A stretch of DNA of 64,000 nt from Epiperipatus broadwayi. Its lineage: Eukaryota > Animalia > Onychophora. The translations under genes were made by a program, and so were the position numbers. Below the pieces are notes generated by a model. The model was not told the DNA's origin and did not search any database. It saw nothing but the letters and a program-made list of their open reading frames with translations. The stretch covers positions 17,670,001 to 17,734,000 of the forward strand of contig JAQFVV010000005.1 of NCBI GenBank assembly GCA_028023455.1. Reading direction: 5' to 3'. This document shows, piece after piece, positions 27,140-40,760 of this stretch (positions are counted from its first letter, which is position 1; every line of letters starts with the position of its first letter).

Positions 27140-27350
27140 TATCAATATGGTCTCTCCAAGTTTGATCCAATTTCTTAATCCATACTTTTTCTTCTCTATA
27201 TCAGTTCAACAAACTTTTTTAACGATCCATTTCACAGTGATCTTTTTATGGGTCATTTTGCAGGCTCTTAGGATTAAAATCACGACTTAAACTATCCACT
27301 ATTATTATTTCTTCTAACAATATATTCTACCTGGTTCCGTTTCATTCCCT
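27140..27350 (-). mobile_element. Old RTE LINE 3' fragment
   Basis: GGTCTCTCCAAGTTTGATCCAATTTCTT... aligns by eye with the RTE 3' end GGTCTCTCCAAGTTTAATCCATCTTCT, heavily diverged. Confidence 0.6.
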
Positions 27351-28229
27351 TAATTCTATTAATGGCCTTATGATACCTATTTGTTATCTTACCCAGACAT
27401 TTTATTTTCTATCCCTCTTTGTTAGTTCCAGAGTATAACCTCCACACTTCGTTGTGTGAAGTGGTCTATTAATCGAAATTTTTAATTATTTTTTTGTAAA
27501 GATATTCGAGAATTATAGTGTATTTGGATAACATTAATAAACTTACGACAAATTTTTAAAAAATTCACTGAAATGGGTATTATTCCGAAAACTAATATGT
27601 TAATACGAATATCACGAGATGGAAAGATTCAACCATAAACGTTATCAGTAAAATATTCACACGGAGCACTTATTGTAAATAAATAAATGGTTTTGTAAAT
27701 GTTTTATGTTTTTTTTGATTCATACTGATATAAGGAAAAAAACCCTTCACTTATTAAAGAAGACGGCTAAGAAAAGAACAAAAAAAAAAAGGATTATATA
27801 AAATTTGAAATCGAGAAATCAAATCTTCTCTACTAAAAGCCTTACCTTTTACAAACAAATAAAAGGAAAAAACTCAAACAGCGATTGTTAATTCACTAGC
27901 AGAGAAATATAATACGAGTACAATTAGAAGAGGCAGAGAATGATTTTTAAAAAAATCCGTTTCCTCTCTCAATATCACAAAGACATCACTTCTCTATAGT
28001 TGTAAATCTAAAAAATATATGTGCATGAGAATGTGTTTAAAGAATTCTATATATATGAATATATTGCTTGCTGTTTTATCTCTTATGATTTTACTCCAGA
28101 ACTCCTAAAATACTGTATAGTAGAGGCATATGTAAAGCTATCGTTTCCTTTTATATATTTTATGCACAAATACCCTGTGTAAAACGTAACTAGTTCTTGC
28201 GTAATCGAGTGTCCAAGTACAACACAGAT

Positions 28230-29100
28230 AAAAAGTTAAAGATAATTCAAGCCATCTCTACATAAAGTCACTACACTCACTAACTATATTCAACTTACAA
28301 CGCACCCATAATGTACTCTAGAACATCTTCAAGGAAAATAAACGCGTTCAATGCCCACTTGCGAAAAAGGACATTCAACCTACTGATCGGCCACCCCCCA
28401 GAGGACGTGCCTTGCTCTTTCAACAGCAGATCAACTTTATCTTTGATAACATTCAACCAACATCAACCCTATTTCAAAGAAAACTTGCGTATTGGGAAGT
28501 GTTCGATCTTCTTAACCATCAAAAACAAAGGATCCCCAGCTGCCTTTCAATCAACATCCCTCGAATGATAAGGATGACCAAGCTCTGGAAGTTGCCACCA
28601 AAAATTGTGGACTTCCTGCTGAAATTGAACCTGCATGCCCTTCCAACAAATGACTTCCTCCACTATAAAAGGGGGCAAGATATTGACCCTAATTGCACAT
28701 TGTGTCAAAGACAGGAAGAGACTACCGATAAATTCCTCTTTGAATGCACAACTTTGAACAATTTAAGAATTCATTTTCAACAAAACATGATAAGAAATGA
28801 AATCGAAATGAACCTCAAGACAGCAATTGAAAAGGGCGTATTCTCTGAGGTCCGGCTTTCGGCCATAATTAACTTTTCCATCTGGGCATTGCGCTGTAAG
28901 CTGGTGTTCCAGGCTGAGACCTTGAATAATATATTCACAGCGTTTTGCCAAATACTAAACAAGGAAAGAGATAGAGATATGCGCACTGCTGACCCCTTCA
29001 CAGCTGCAAAAACTTGGGACTCCATTGCAATTGGATAGAGCTCCCCACAACTTTGCTATTTATTGGGTGGCTGTTGCTTTTCATCATTTCATAAAACTGA
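28230..29100 (+). mobile_element. 5'-truncated L1/Tx1-clade LINE, ORF2 C-terminus with zf-RVT zinc knuckle
   Basis: Frame is open 28322-29038. KIVDFLLKLNLHALPTNDFLHYKRGQDIDPNCTLCQRQEETTDKFLFEC and the downstream IWALRCKLVF match the L1/Tx1 C-terminal CCHC (His replaced by Lys) and W-x-x-R-N-like motifs. Confidence 0.82.
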
Positions 29101-30269
29101 AACATGGGTATTAATACTACCTACTAACAGCATCTCATTTTAATCTTCCCTGCTATGAACTTTAGACAAATTGGGTTTCTATGGTCTATTTTTGGAACAA
29201 CAAACAAGTCACAAATGTTTCCTGTGCAAACATTAACTCAAATATATCCTCTTTTTTTTGCATGTTATTTCATAATCATTTACTTGTTTTGTACTTTTTG
29301 GTCTGTATTCCTTTGGTCTAAATGTACAATAAATTTGGTTTTTGAAAGATAAAGTCATTGATTTATTCAAGTTAAAATGATGTTTAATTATCAAACTGTC
29401 GACTAAACAAAGGGCTACTCCAAACATTAGCAAAGTGGATATTTCCTGAGGTGCTATGTTTTGGATGGTATTTGCCATATCTTAGATAATGGGAATTTTT
29501 AATCACAATGAATACAATGAGCACCAATGCATCTGAATATTTCCTTCTGAGATATATGGTTCTAAGCCACATTGTGAACACCAAAATGAAAAACCATATA
29601 ATCTTAGTTTTTGACTCATATATATATATATATTGTAACCGGACTGGTGTTTCCATCCCCTCTGATGGTTGATTTATTTCCTGGTGAGCATATTGTAAGA
29701 AGGAAATAATGATTGGTGTTACTCAATGCTGATGTTACAACAATATTTCCTGCTCATCAGAGGGTGTAGCATTAAAGAGACTGAAAACATCTAGAAATTT
29801 ATCTGTTTGGTTTCCCCAATGGTGCCACTAGAGTTCCAGCTCACTACAACTTTACTCACCCAGATCAGGTTATGCTTAACATAGCCCAGGAAACATGAGA
29901 TTCTTGTGAACAAGTACACTGATTGATGAATGATGCAAAATAAAACTGACAACATATGTTAGTTTTGTGTAATAGTTCATTGCAGTTCAGGTTCCATAAA
30001 TCAGTTAGTCCATTTCATTGGTAAGTTCTCAGATAATTGGCACTGTCGTTGATGATCATACAGTGTCCATTACTTATATTCCATCATTCTGTTCTGCCAG
30101 CATTCACATGGTAGGGATTTATTTAGATATCCATGTGTACATTACGGATACTTCCCTTACAATTTCTCAGGTTTAAATTCTACTCATATGCACATATTTG
30201 TAGACATGTCTATTAATTCACTATTGCAATATACTCTTAGGTAAGTTTGATTTATATTTGGATTAATCC

Positions 30270-30680
30270 TTTTATCTATAGAAATTGTATGAAGATTTGT
30301 AATCACAATAGATACAATTAAATGAATTTTCTTTAGGGTGAGTCATTTCGTGTGGACTTAAACAAGCTTTTACAGAAGTTCTGTACTTACAGAAGCTACA
30401 ATTAAAGATATGTTCTCCAGTATGAGATCTTTCATGTAATTTTAACCACTTTTTTTAACACACTTGTAATCGCAGAATCTACAGTTGAAAAGTTTTTCTT
30501 TAGTAGGACTCATTTTATGCACTTTTAAAGAACCTTTGACAAAATACTTATAATCACAGAAGCTACTAGTAAATAGTTTCTCTCTATTGTTAGTTCATTT
30601 ATGTAGTTTTAAACTATTCATCTACTAATTATTTTATTTTTCCCATTCTGATTTCACAAGTTTGCAGTTTTATATATTAT
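30270..30680 (-). pseudogene. Decayed C2H2 zinc-finger array (about 4-5 fingers)
   Basis: Manual translation: MNSLKLHK*TNNREKLFTSSFCDYKYFVKGSLKVHKMSPTKEKLFNCRFCDYKCVK[frameshift in A7 run]KWLKLHERSHTGEHIFNCSFCKYRTSVKACLSPHEMTHPKENSFNCIYCDYKSSY. It has an HTGE linker, an in-frame stop, a frameshift and lost Cys/His ligands. Confidence 0.8.
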
Positions 30681-32465
30681 TAAAAGCATATGTATATATG
30701 TATTCAGAATATTAGTTATATTATAAGCATTAATTCAAATTTAAATTTCAAATAAATATATTTTTAATTTCAAAATGCAAAAACAAAAAAGAAAAACTAT
30801 GATTTATCAGCTTCTGCAATCTCAGAAGTTTTGTAATTAAGAAAGAGAAAACTTGATGGCATATATTACAGTGTGGCCTTTTATGTTGGAAATTGTAATC
30901 ATAGAATCACAATGATCACATATATTTGTAATTAGTTTGTCAGATGAGATTAATAATTTAAATGAATATAAAAATGCCTATTCAATCACATTATATTAAA
31001 AAAAATTAGAACAGTCCCATATTTAAAAAGAATTCATTAAAATATTTCAAGAAAACAATCAATAATGGATCTGATATATTGATTTAAATCACCAAAAGAA
31101 AATCTCAAATAGTGAATAGGTTTATATTATTTAGTAAGGTAATACAATGCAGATATATATAATCAATTTGGGACGGTTTCTTTTCCAGAATGCACTCAAA
31201 GCATGAGAAGTTTTAAAACAAAGTTTCTCAGATGAAATTTATGACCAACTTAAATATATATTCAGGTATATGTTTAGAATGTAACAAACAACTAACATTA
31301 CTGAACATTTTATTATAAAGCTTAACTTTGAACCAAAACTTATGTTTTATCACTTTAAAAAAAAAAAAATCAGTGAATTCATTATTGCGTTTCACTTTTT
31401 AATTTTAATAACAATACTGGCAATTATATTATTCTATAAGAAATTATTTTGGTACATAACATTTTATCATTTGTTGAATTAATCATTCATTTATCTTTTC
31501 CGAAATGCTTTTCTTATAGCATTTTCACAAATACTTTTAAATATTTCAAATGCTATCTAGCGTTTTCTTACCTTTAAATTTTTCTATTGGTGATTCAACA
31601 TTGCTAAATCTTCACATTAAAAAGGGATTTGTCTTAAAGCAGAATGGTATACATTTTCTTTTGATAGTCACTTAGGCATTATTTCAACTTCATGATTTCT
31701 TTATGGTGAGGGAAGGGAGAGAAAGCTATTCTTTTTAGTCAAACATTCTAGAGCTTTCCATGTTCATAATATGCTTCTTCATATTGCAGTTTTACAGTAA
31801 CCATGGGGTTCTCCTACTAACTGCTGCACTTCTTTGACTAATTACTGGCCATGGTAACTCCAAACTTAGTTGGTCCATTTATTTAAACTCTTTGCTGTCA
31901 ACTGACTAAATACTGAACTGCTATTTACTGCAAAGCAACTGTTACAATCAATTAACTGCAACTCTTAGAATTGATCGATTGCTTGCTTTATATATTCCAA
32001 CTTCCCATGATTATTTATTATCTTTTGTATCTCACCCATGCTGATCAACATGTTTTTCAAAAAATATGTTGGCTTCTTTTGCGTAAGGCAAGAAAGTGAT
32101 ACTATCTTTTTTTAATGAACTAAATACAGCATTTCTATATTGTAATTCATAAACATTCAGCTCTAAAAAAATATTATATTGGTAACATTTGAAACCATAG
32201 ATTTTTAATGATAAAAGTTCGTTAATTAAATGTGTCATTTAATTTTTAACTGTACATTTTAAATATTGATTTTTCTCTTCTTTTTTTTTTCAGAGAACTT
32301 AAATTTACACATTTTTTTTTATAATTGTCAGTTTTCTTTTTTTAAATCAAACCATTTTAAAATGGGAAGGGGGGGGACTTCAAGATATATGAAACAATGT
32401 GTCTGCTTCAATATATACGCAAATTATAAGGGACACATGACCATACACATGAAAAAAAAAGATCT

Positions 32466-32507
32466 CCAATATGTATATTTTGTGCTGAACCAGCACTCAT
32501 CAGTTGG
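32466..32507 (-). ncRNA. Family B hammerhead copy 2 (G12->A mutated)
   Basis: CCAA-CTGATGA-GTGCTG(GTT)CAGCAC-AAAA-TATACA-TA|TTGG. Stem II is a perfect 6 bp. The upstream ~130 nt (to ~32643) is homologous to 34873-35010. Confidence 0.7.
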
Positions 32508-33172
32508 TCCAAATCTTTATCTCCCACATATATATAATCAGTGCTCAGTTTATATTAAGACAGCAAATCTTCAAACTTTAATTGACAGGCTTCAATCTAC
32601 TTCACTCTCCATCTCTTCAACTACCCATACCATTGAAAATCTATATATATGCATGTAAAAATTGGATATGCATTGTAAATAAAAAAATGAAAATGTAAAA
32701 AATTAAAATTTTGTTTTTATTAAAATTTCTATATTTTTAATATTTTATTAACTATTTTTGTCATTTGCATATATCTGAAACCATGCAAGTGGAAACAATA
32801 GACTAATGGAAGTGTTCCTCAGCAATATTGAAGTTTGTCTGGTCTTTGTACTGTGGATTTAATTTTTCATTGAATAATGACCCTACCCTGTATCCCCCCC
32901 CCAAAGAGCAAAAGTATTTTGGCTTCTAGTGGAATCTTTCAACTTAACCGATGCAAAGATATAATTAAAAAAAAAAGCACATCAAATCATAAAAGCAGAT
33001 GTGATTAATAAGTGAAAGATTGAGAATATATCACTAAAGGAATAGATGACAATACATCTGTTTTCCTGATCAAACCATATTATCTTGGAATGTTTTTAAC
33101 CTTATGCTAGGAATACTTTAATTACCCATTAACTAAACCGAGTGAGGTTGGTTATAGACCAGTTATATGAAA

Positions 33173-33605
33173 ATTATTCTAAGTTCTCTTGAGAAAACAT
33201 CAATTTCACAAAACTCCAGTGTATTTGAACTCACATTTCGATATTGAAAGCTATGCCATAAACTTAAATAAGATTTTTATTTACATCATTACGAGGCAAG
33301 CACACACACACATATACAAACTAACTTTCAAAAAAAGATTCCATAAATTTTAACGAAATTTTTTATATCATTACGATATAATCACAGTGTTTCATTATTC
33401 TAAGTTCTCTTGAGAAAACATCAATTTCACAAAACTCCAGTGTATTTGAACTCACATTTCGATATTGAAAGCTATGCCATAAACTTAAATAAGATTTTTA
33501 TTTACATCATTACGAGGCAAACACACACACATATACAAACTAACTTTCAAAAAAAGATTCCATAAATTTTAACGAAATTTTTTATATCATTACGATATAA
33601 TCACA
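33173..33605. repeat. Near-identical tandem duplication (~213-bp unit, period 221)
   Basis: 33173-33386 and 33394-33605 differ by only a few bases and are separated by GTGTTTC. Confidence 0.95.
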
Positions 33606-35010
33606 CATACACTGTACAACTTTCTAGAAAAATTCTTAGTTCAGAAATCATCGTCCATCATCAGTAGCATTTGTACATCGATTTAATATCTATTTCTACA
33701 AACAACCCATTTTCCATCTTGCCTCTTAAAATAGAGAACTCAAGATATATTCTTAGAATACAAACGACAAATTGTTTTGCCAATTGCTACTCGCCATTTC
33801 AAGTGGCGACAGAAGTTAAGACAACACAGATTTATTTTAGTTAATAATTTCTCAGTTCTCAATGACTTTATTGATTCAGGTGTAACAAGAAATAACAATT
33901 AACAAGATCTCCTAATGAAAGAAAAACATTGCCCGGAGGGATGAAAAAGAATAAGTAAAAACTCATCAAGGTTTTGTTTTTAATTGAAATAGATGCCCTT
34001 ACAATGATTTTTCTGTTCTATCTATTGAATTTCCTAATTTTCACCTATGTTTCACCGAATTACAAGGACATTTTTGTTTATGTCCTACTTTTCGTATACG
34101 TATGATTGCTTACATACAGTTGACATATATATAAACACACATACAAATACTTTTACATATAAACAAATCAGTTTATTAATATAATTTGCGACTTAAAAGA
34201 TATCTTAATTAAAATTCTTCCTCAAGTGTGCTTTGTTTTGTTTATATGATTCAGTTTTATTATATTTTTTGATCTACAATTTTTATAAACCTATTAAAAT
34301 TAATGTGTTTTTTGAATATTCTTTTTAGATTCAGCGCCAACTCTGTAATTAGCTACAAAAAAAAAGGCCTCTGATCAACTTCAGAAAGTAATACATGTAT
34401 ATGTATACGATGAGTCTTGCAGAGCAATGGTAACAAACTGCCTGAATCCAAATCGAGTAAAAATTAAAAAAATTTTCAAGTCTTGGAATTTTTTTTTAGG
34501 TAGCCTTCCCAAGGCCAAGTTAAAGAAATATTTTCTTATTGTTGGCAAACGAAAATGAGCTATTCTTACCATAGACGGTAACACAAGAACAGAAAATCGT
34601 TACCAACCAGCATTGACAAATGCTCTCGTTCTTTGTATCCTTCGTTGTTTCACTATAAGGGCATTTAAAAAGATATTTTTGTTCTGCAATGATCTGTTTG
34701 AAGATTGTTTTACCATATTTTTAATCTATCTATCTATAAACTAGTTCTGCCCATCCTTGCATATGTATTTAATGGATTATGTCCTGTACATGTGGGGTTC
34801 AGATTGACCTTGGGCTAACATGGGCATGACAAGAATCTCGGCCTCAGGGTGGCCTTCGAGCGTTCCATCATCAGATTTTCAATTGGATGGACGGTTGAAG
34901 AGTTGGGTGTGTAGTGGATTGGAGCCAGTCCATTAAAGTATGAAGATTGTCTATCTTAATATATATATCTGAGCACTTACAGTATATATGTGTGGGAGAT
35001 GATAATCTGG

Positions 35011-35054
35011 ACCAACTGATGATTGCTGGTTTAGCATGAAATACGGATATTGGT
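35011..35054 (+). ncRNA. Family B hammerhead copy 3
   Basis: ACCAA-CTGATGA-TTGCTG(GTT)TAGCAT-GAAA-TACGGA-TA|TTGGT. Stem I 5 bp, core intact, AUA triplet. Confidence 0.72.
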
Positions 35055-37698
35055 GATTATTTATCTTTTCAACATATATGTGCTTGAATGTATCAGTGTT
35101 ATTAGATAGAGTGGAGAGTGGTGGGTCATGTTAAAGTCTGTGCTCATATACCCTATATTAACAGCAAGATGAATGTAAATATTGAAGCGATCAATATTGA
35201 TGCGATTCAGTGACAATCACAGTAAACATAAAATGATATACATTGAAGTAGAGACGTCATTAACATTTCTAATCAGTTGACAAAATCAGTCAGTGGAAAG
35301 AATAGAGACTAATATAAAGTTGGTTAGAAAGGGAGAGACCTAAAGCATAGCTGGTCATAAATATAATTTTAATTAAACTTAGTGATAATAATTTAAGGCT
35401 CAATTTATTACACATCTATAAACAGAGATATTAAATTATTTATGCATGCATGTTTCAATAATTGTAAAAATTTAAATTTCCAAAATTAATTTAACTAATA
35501 AAAAAGTTTAAACCCACTTTTTTGTGTTCAAATTAACTGAATGATGAGATTATATAATTCCATTTTTTGTTGCCTTACTTATTATTTGATTTTTTCATAC
35601 ATTAGTTTGCTCTGTTTCCAAACACTAAGCTAGATAAATTGTGCATAACCTAAAAAAAATCAATTGCATATTGCATCAAGCTCAGTATGAGAATGAGAAA
35701 CAAATTATTATTATCTTTAAATAATTCCAGAGATTATTTTGGTTTAATAATTAAAAGATTTATTTAATTTCTTTTGAATTAGTTTATAAAATATAATAAG
35801 ATAAACATTTTTTTTTTTCATTTTCATTTTAACAGACATGTAAATAAGAAATTTGATTGGCTAAGAAACAATGTAGAACTGCAGAGAGATTTTTTTTTTA
35901 AAGAACTGCTGTTGTGACAGCAAGTGTATAATAAAATAATATATATATTATTATTAAACATATAACGAAAACTTCTCTTTTAAAAAGACGAGAATATAAA
36001 GATAAAGAAAGAACTTAAATTGAAACTTCTTTTAAATAATTTAAATTGCAATATTATCAAGTGTTAACCGCAAAAATGTATAGCTAAATCTTAACTAATC
36101 TGTTCAAGTCTCCCAACTTTTAGTCTAGCTGCTGATAAACTCCCACAAAGTTTACAGTTGAAATGCACATGAATTATTGTTGACCGTGACAACAGAAATA
36201 ACAGTCCTAAAAGGTCAATCTATTTGAAATTCCTTATTGCTTACAGAATATGTTTAGCCTTGAATAAAGTTTTATCTTCATAACTTTAATCCCCATAGTA
36301 GTGCTGTGAAAGTGCAAAATGCAGTACTGTATTTAACTTTAGATAAATTTTGCTTTCATGAACTTTAACACATATGGGAGTGTTATATTTATATGTGGAA
36401 CGGAATGCAGTATTAACTTGGGATATAATGTTTTATTTTTATGACTTAGATACTTCTAGTGTTATATATGTATGGAATGTAATGTTGTTTTAACCTTTTG
36501 TGTGCTATTATCCAGACGACAAAGAATTAATTATGGTTTCCCTCTGAACTTATATTATGACAGTGTGAATTATTTTCTTGAAATTACAATAGTGTTCAAA
36601 GAAACTATTTTAGCTGTTATGGCACTCATGAGACAATTATTTTGCTTTAATGATCATTCTTTGTCCTCAATATTCATAAATTAAAGAGAAAACATTTCAA
36701 TTTCAGAATAATCCCTAAAACAAAACCATGCAATTTCATTAACTTATGAGGATAATTTGATTTAAATATCTATTCCAACTCTCAAATACTACAGATTCTT
36801 GGAGAACCTATGTACAAATCAACTAACTCATGGGTATTCCTTATAAATGGAGATGAAGAAGTGTATAATCAACTTTTAAGATTCTATGTTGTTTTAAAAA
36901 AAGAAATATTTATTTGAATTATATTTGACATTAAGTTTAAGAAGTGTGCTATTAATTAATTGGATAGTAGCCAATGGATTTAAATAACATGTATTTGAAT
37001 CTAGTGTAGTAATTTAATAAATTTGCATTTTATGTTTTTATTGTAGTTTATGGTATTTTATTGTGTAAAATAATTACTTGTTAACTTGGATGTAGGGTCA
37101 GACTAGAGTCAATTTAGAGAACAGCACTTGCACAAGGGTCTCATGATTCATACAATGAATCTATAATGTATCATTATCACATGGCTTAATCCTGCACATA
37201 TTGCTAGGGTTCTGCTCGTACTCATGTTATAATACTAGGTAATATTTTTACACCATTTAGTTTATAGTCAACCATTGAGTCTCAATTGTTTCCTGTAATA
37301 GAATTTTTATTACATCTTTTGATCTTGACTTATGCTTGTAAAAGAGGAAGTACCTTCAATTTAGTAGATTAATGATGGTATATCTTTTAGGTTTGTTTCA
37401 GTGCTGGTGATTAAGCCACTGAATATTCTGCAATTACACTAATTGCTCTGATGATGGTTAGAAAACCTATAGGTACTTATTGCTTATTATTCCTTGTGCA
37501 GGTGAATACACCCACAGGTATATTATTGATCATCATTATACAAATCTATATCTGAGTAGTCTCCATATTAGATTCTTCTTGAAGCAGGATGCTATCCATC
37601 ATCATCAAGAGAATTTACAATGTAGCATGTTAAATGTTTTTGTTATATGCATCTCACTTATTTGTCAATATTTGTAATGGTTGAAAAGTTGAAACAAT

Positions 37699-38070
37699 GT
37701 GAAATTCTGTTTTCTGTTAGGGAAAATAGCAGAGGAAACAGTTATAATGCTTGAAACTACTTACAAACAAGCTGCTCTGAGAAAAACACAAGTTTATAAG
37801 CAGTTTAGTGGAAGTTTCAAATTCACCACATCCCAAAAAAGCATGGTGAGTGAAGTTGAATATCAAGATAGATGTTGTTGTTTTTTTTGGATGCAAATTG
37901 CATTGTTCATTCAGAATTCAGTCGTAATGACCATTTTGTCTAAAAGTTCTGAAAAGTTTGCATGGTACAGTAAAATGAAAATGACCCGATATGTGGCAAA
38001 GGAGAGAGTGCAAACTTCACCATGACATTACACATGTGCACTAAGCCTTGAGTGTAATACAATTTTTAAT
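37699..38070 (+). mobile_element. Internally deleted mariner transposase remnant
   Basis: KFCFLLGKIAEETVIMLETTYKQAALRKTQVYKQF matches the mariner N-terminal HTH consensus KFCFKLGKSATETxxMLxxAYGxxALSRTQVFEWF. Confidence 0.75.
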
Positions 38071-38966
38071 TAAAAACAGCATAATTTAGTTCAGGGGTTC
38101 GCAACCTAGGACATGCAGAGTGATTAACAATGATATTCTGATTGAATTGAAATTTTTTTTTTTATTTAATTACAGTGTATGCATTTGCACCAGCACCTAC
38201 CTTTTGTATAGCGAACTCACATGTAAATGAAAACCACGATTCAGTTTTAATTTACTAATTATTTTGTACAATAACTTTTCTATTTTCAATAAAGATAAGA
38301 GCTAAGTAAGATGCAAATATACTTTTTTGCCCAGGGAGGATTAACTTTGCCTGGATTTTTTTTTTTTTGACAGTCAAATGATCTTTGATACTTTTGTACG
38401 TTCTTGCATGTTTGGAGTAAATTCACATTCAGTCAGAATATTATATCGATTAATTAATTTGCAACATGTTTATTTGTAATTATATAATAATACATTTTAT
38501 GTTTTGGCGCGTTTACTTGCAATGAAAGTTTATAGTTAATGATAGTCCTGTTAACGAATGAATGAAGTCTGCAAAGTGAGACTTGATAATATTGTTCGGA
38601 TCTCAAAGAAGTTAAAAATCTTTTTTTCTTCTTTTTAAATGTCTATTGTGTAATTAAAATAAATTTCTCATACAGAAAAATTCCAAATGTCCATAGTTTT
38701 AAAGAAAAAAGAATATATGAAAAACTTCCAATTTTGAGCTGATTTTTTCTATCACAAATGATCAATGCTAGATTAAATTACAGTATTGAAAACTAAATCT
38801 GCTTTACCTATTCTGAATCACTGTATAATTAATCGACAATTTTGTAAACAATATACATTTATTAAAGCGCCAACGAGATGAATTTTCTCCACGCCAAAGG
38901 AAATTTCAAGCATGTTTTTTGAATGTAATATAATTTCACAAACCATACTTTTTACAAATGATCTTA

Positions 38967-39198
38967 AACCATCAAACATCACATGATCACCATCTCTATA
39001 CTAGCACATAATTTGTTGTAAACAAAGACAAACGCCCCATACAGTAGTGCCACCCTGTGCCAAACAGAGCCATAAACTAGTCTGAGGATATTGGATGAAT
39101 AGGCAATAGATAGGGATTTTATGCACAAGCCTTCTGGCATCCATTGATTACTCTGTTTGGCACAGGGTGGCACTACTGTATGGGGAGTTTTGCCTTTG
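38967..39198. mobile_element. Family A copy A4 (inverted two-arm insertion)
   Basis: 16-bp TSD TTTACAAATGATCTTA at 38951-38966 and 39199-39214. The sense arm starts in the 3' half of the hammerhead (CCATAAACTAGTC|TGAGGA). Confidence 0.85.
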
Positions 39199-39253
39199 TT
39201 TACAAATGATCTTATGTAATTTAAAATATTGAATGGCCAATAATATAAGATAT

Positions 39254-39301
39254 GGTTATAATGGGCGTCAAAAGTATATAATTTTGAAGCCCATTATAAC
39301 C
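39254..39301. repeat. Small hairpin with 20-bp arms
   Basis: GGTTATAATGGGCGTCAAAA pairs with TTTTGAAGCCCATTATAACC. Confidence 0.7.
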
Positions 39302-39499
39302 GGATTTTGATACTATAAATAATAAGATTGATAGAATCATGTTGGCATGTGGAATAACATTATAACATAGTTTGGCATCTCAACACTAAAAAGTTACCGA
39401 CCCTGATTTAGCTTATCCATCAGCCATATTTACCCAATCTAGCTCAGTGACTTCTTTTTATTCCTCTGCATGAAAAAATGACTCAAAAGAAAAAGTTTT

Positions 39500-39711
39500 G
39501 CAAACATGGAAATGGTAAAAAAAAAAATGAAGGCATTAAAAAGTATCACTTTGCAAAAGTTTCAGGACCACTTTGAAAAATGGAAAACTCATTTAAACTG
39601 ATGCATTTCATCAAATGGACAGTACTTTGAAAGAGATTCAATTTATAACACCTAAAAATAAATAAATAAATTTTATCACAAAATTCCGATTTTTTTGAGC
39701 ACTCCCTTGTA
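39500..39711 (+). mobile_element. Mariner 3' end with right TIR
   Basis: KFQDHFEKWKTHLN*CISSNGQYFERD matches the mariner C-terminus (FxxWxxRWxKCIxxxGxYFE). It is followed by TIR-like TTCCGATTTTTTTGAGCACTCCCTTG and TA. Confidence 0.75.
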
Positions 39712-40619
39712 AAATAGAATGCGTTCATTCATATGAAAGCACATAAAAATGAGATATTGTTATTGATATAAATCTTTCTAGGCAAAGGATAGTACAATAA
39801 GCATAATACTGGATTAGTATTGTATCTATATAAATTAGCTTGGGCTCAAAACCTTAGTTTATTCTTTTAATTTCAGACTGTTAATTTGAATAGGTCAAAG
39901 AAATAAAAGAATGCTAGACGCCTAAGTGTATTGGTTCTAGTTCTGAATTCTAGGCATTATAGATAAAGGTGAAGTCCAGGAACTGGTCTGGGAATATTAT
40001 ATCATTACTTCATTTAGTGTCTTGATTATTAAACTTCATAATAGATGATTCTAATACAGAGTACAGAAAATTGCTCAAAGTGTCTTTATATTAGCATTTG
40101 CTTTTAGCAACATTTTTAGTAATTAAGAAACCATGCAATTGTTGGTTTCTTATCTTTTTTCCCTCAAGAAATAAATCTCTGATTTGATATTTAATTCACT
40201 TTATAAATTAAAAAGTTGATTAAAAATCATCCAGAATTATTGAAATTAATTTCATTAATTCTAACAAAGCATTAAAAATGAAAGATTAACAAAATTTTAA
40301 ATCCCACTGTCGGCTTAAAGCTCAATAGTTCTCAAATGCCATGAGATCATAATAGCAACTAAATATACAAGTATATAAATTATTTAATTTTTATATTTAT
40401 ATCACATTATAATACTGATTTTAGAAGTTTTATCAAGCACAAATAATTAGTACATTCCAGCGAAAAGGTGATTAGTTTTCTATCCAGGGCTGCCTTTTAG
40501 TGCCATTTCTGAATTAATGCATATTTTACATTATAACATATTTTAAATATTTACTACAACAATTTTAATATGCTTATGTGTCTAAATCATGAGTTATGAC
40601 AATAAATGTAATAGTTATA

Positions 40620-40760
40620 AAACAATGCGTAAACATTAAATTTTGTTTTAAATTGGAAAAACTAAAATGTGTGAAATGATTCAAAGTGTGTTTGGCAGTG
40701 AACCCATAAGTGATATGAAGTTTGCAAGATTTCATGATAGCAGGAAACATTGAAAATGAT
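40620..40760 (+). mobile_element. Mariner transposase 5' remnant
   Basis: QCVNIKFCFKLEKTKMCEMIQSVFG matches the mariner N-terminus. Confidence 0.65.

Noticed and set aside
27846-28007. Minus-strand segment bounded by good AG and GTAAG splice signals
   Set aside because: Stops in all three frames and no other support; at most a non-coding exon.
29658-29765. Inverted CCCTCTGATG/CATCAGAGGG with CTGATGA on the minus strand
   Set aside because: It could not be folded into a hammerhead with consistent stems; treated as a short inverted repeat.
37448-37480. CTGATGA-TGGTTA-GAAAA-CCTATAGGT
   Set aside because: No viable stem II or stem I despite the palindromic downstream sequence.
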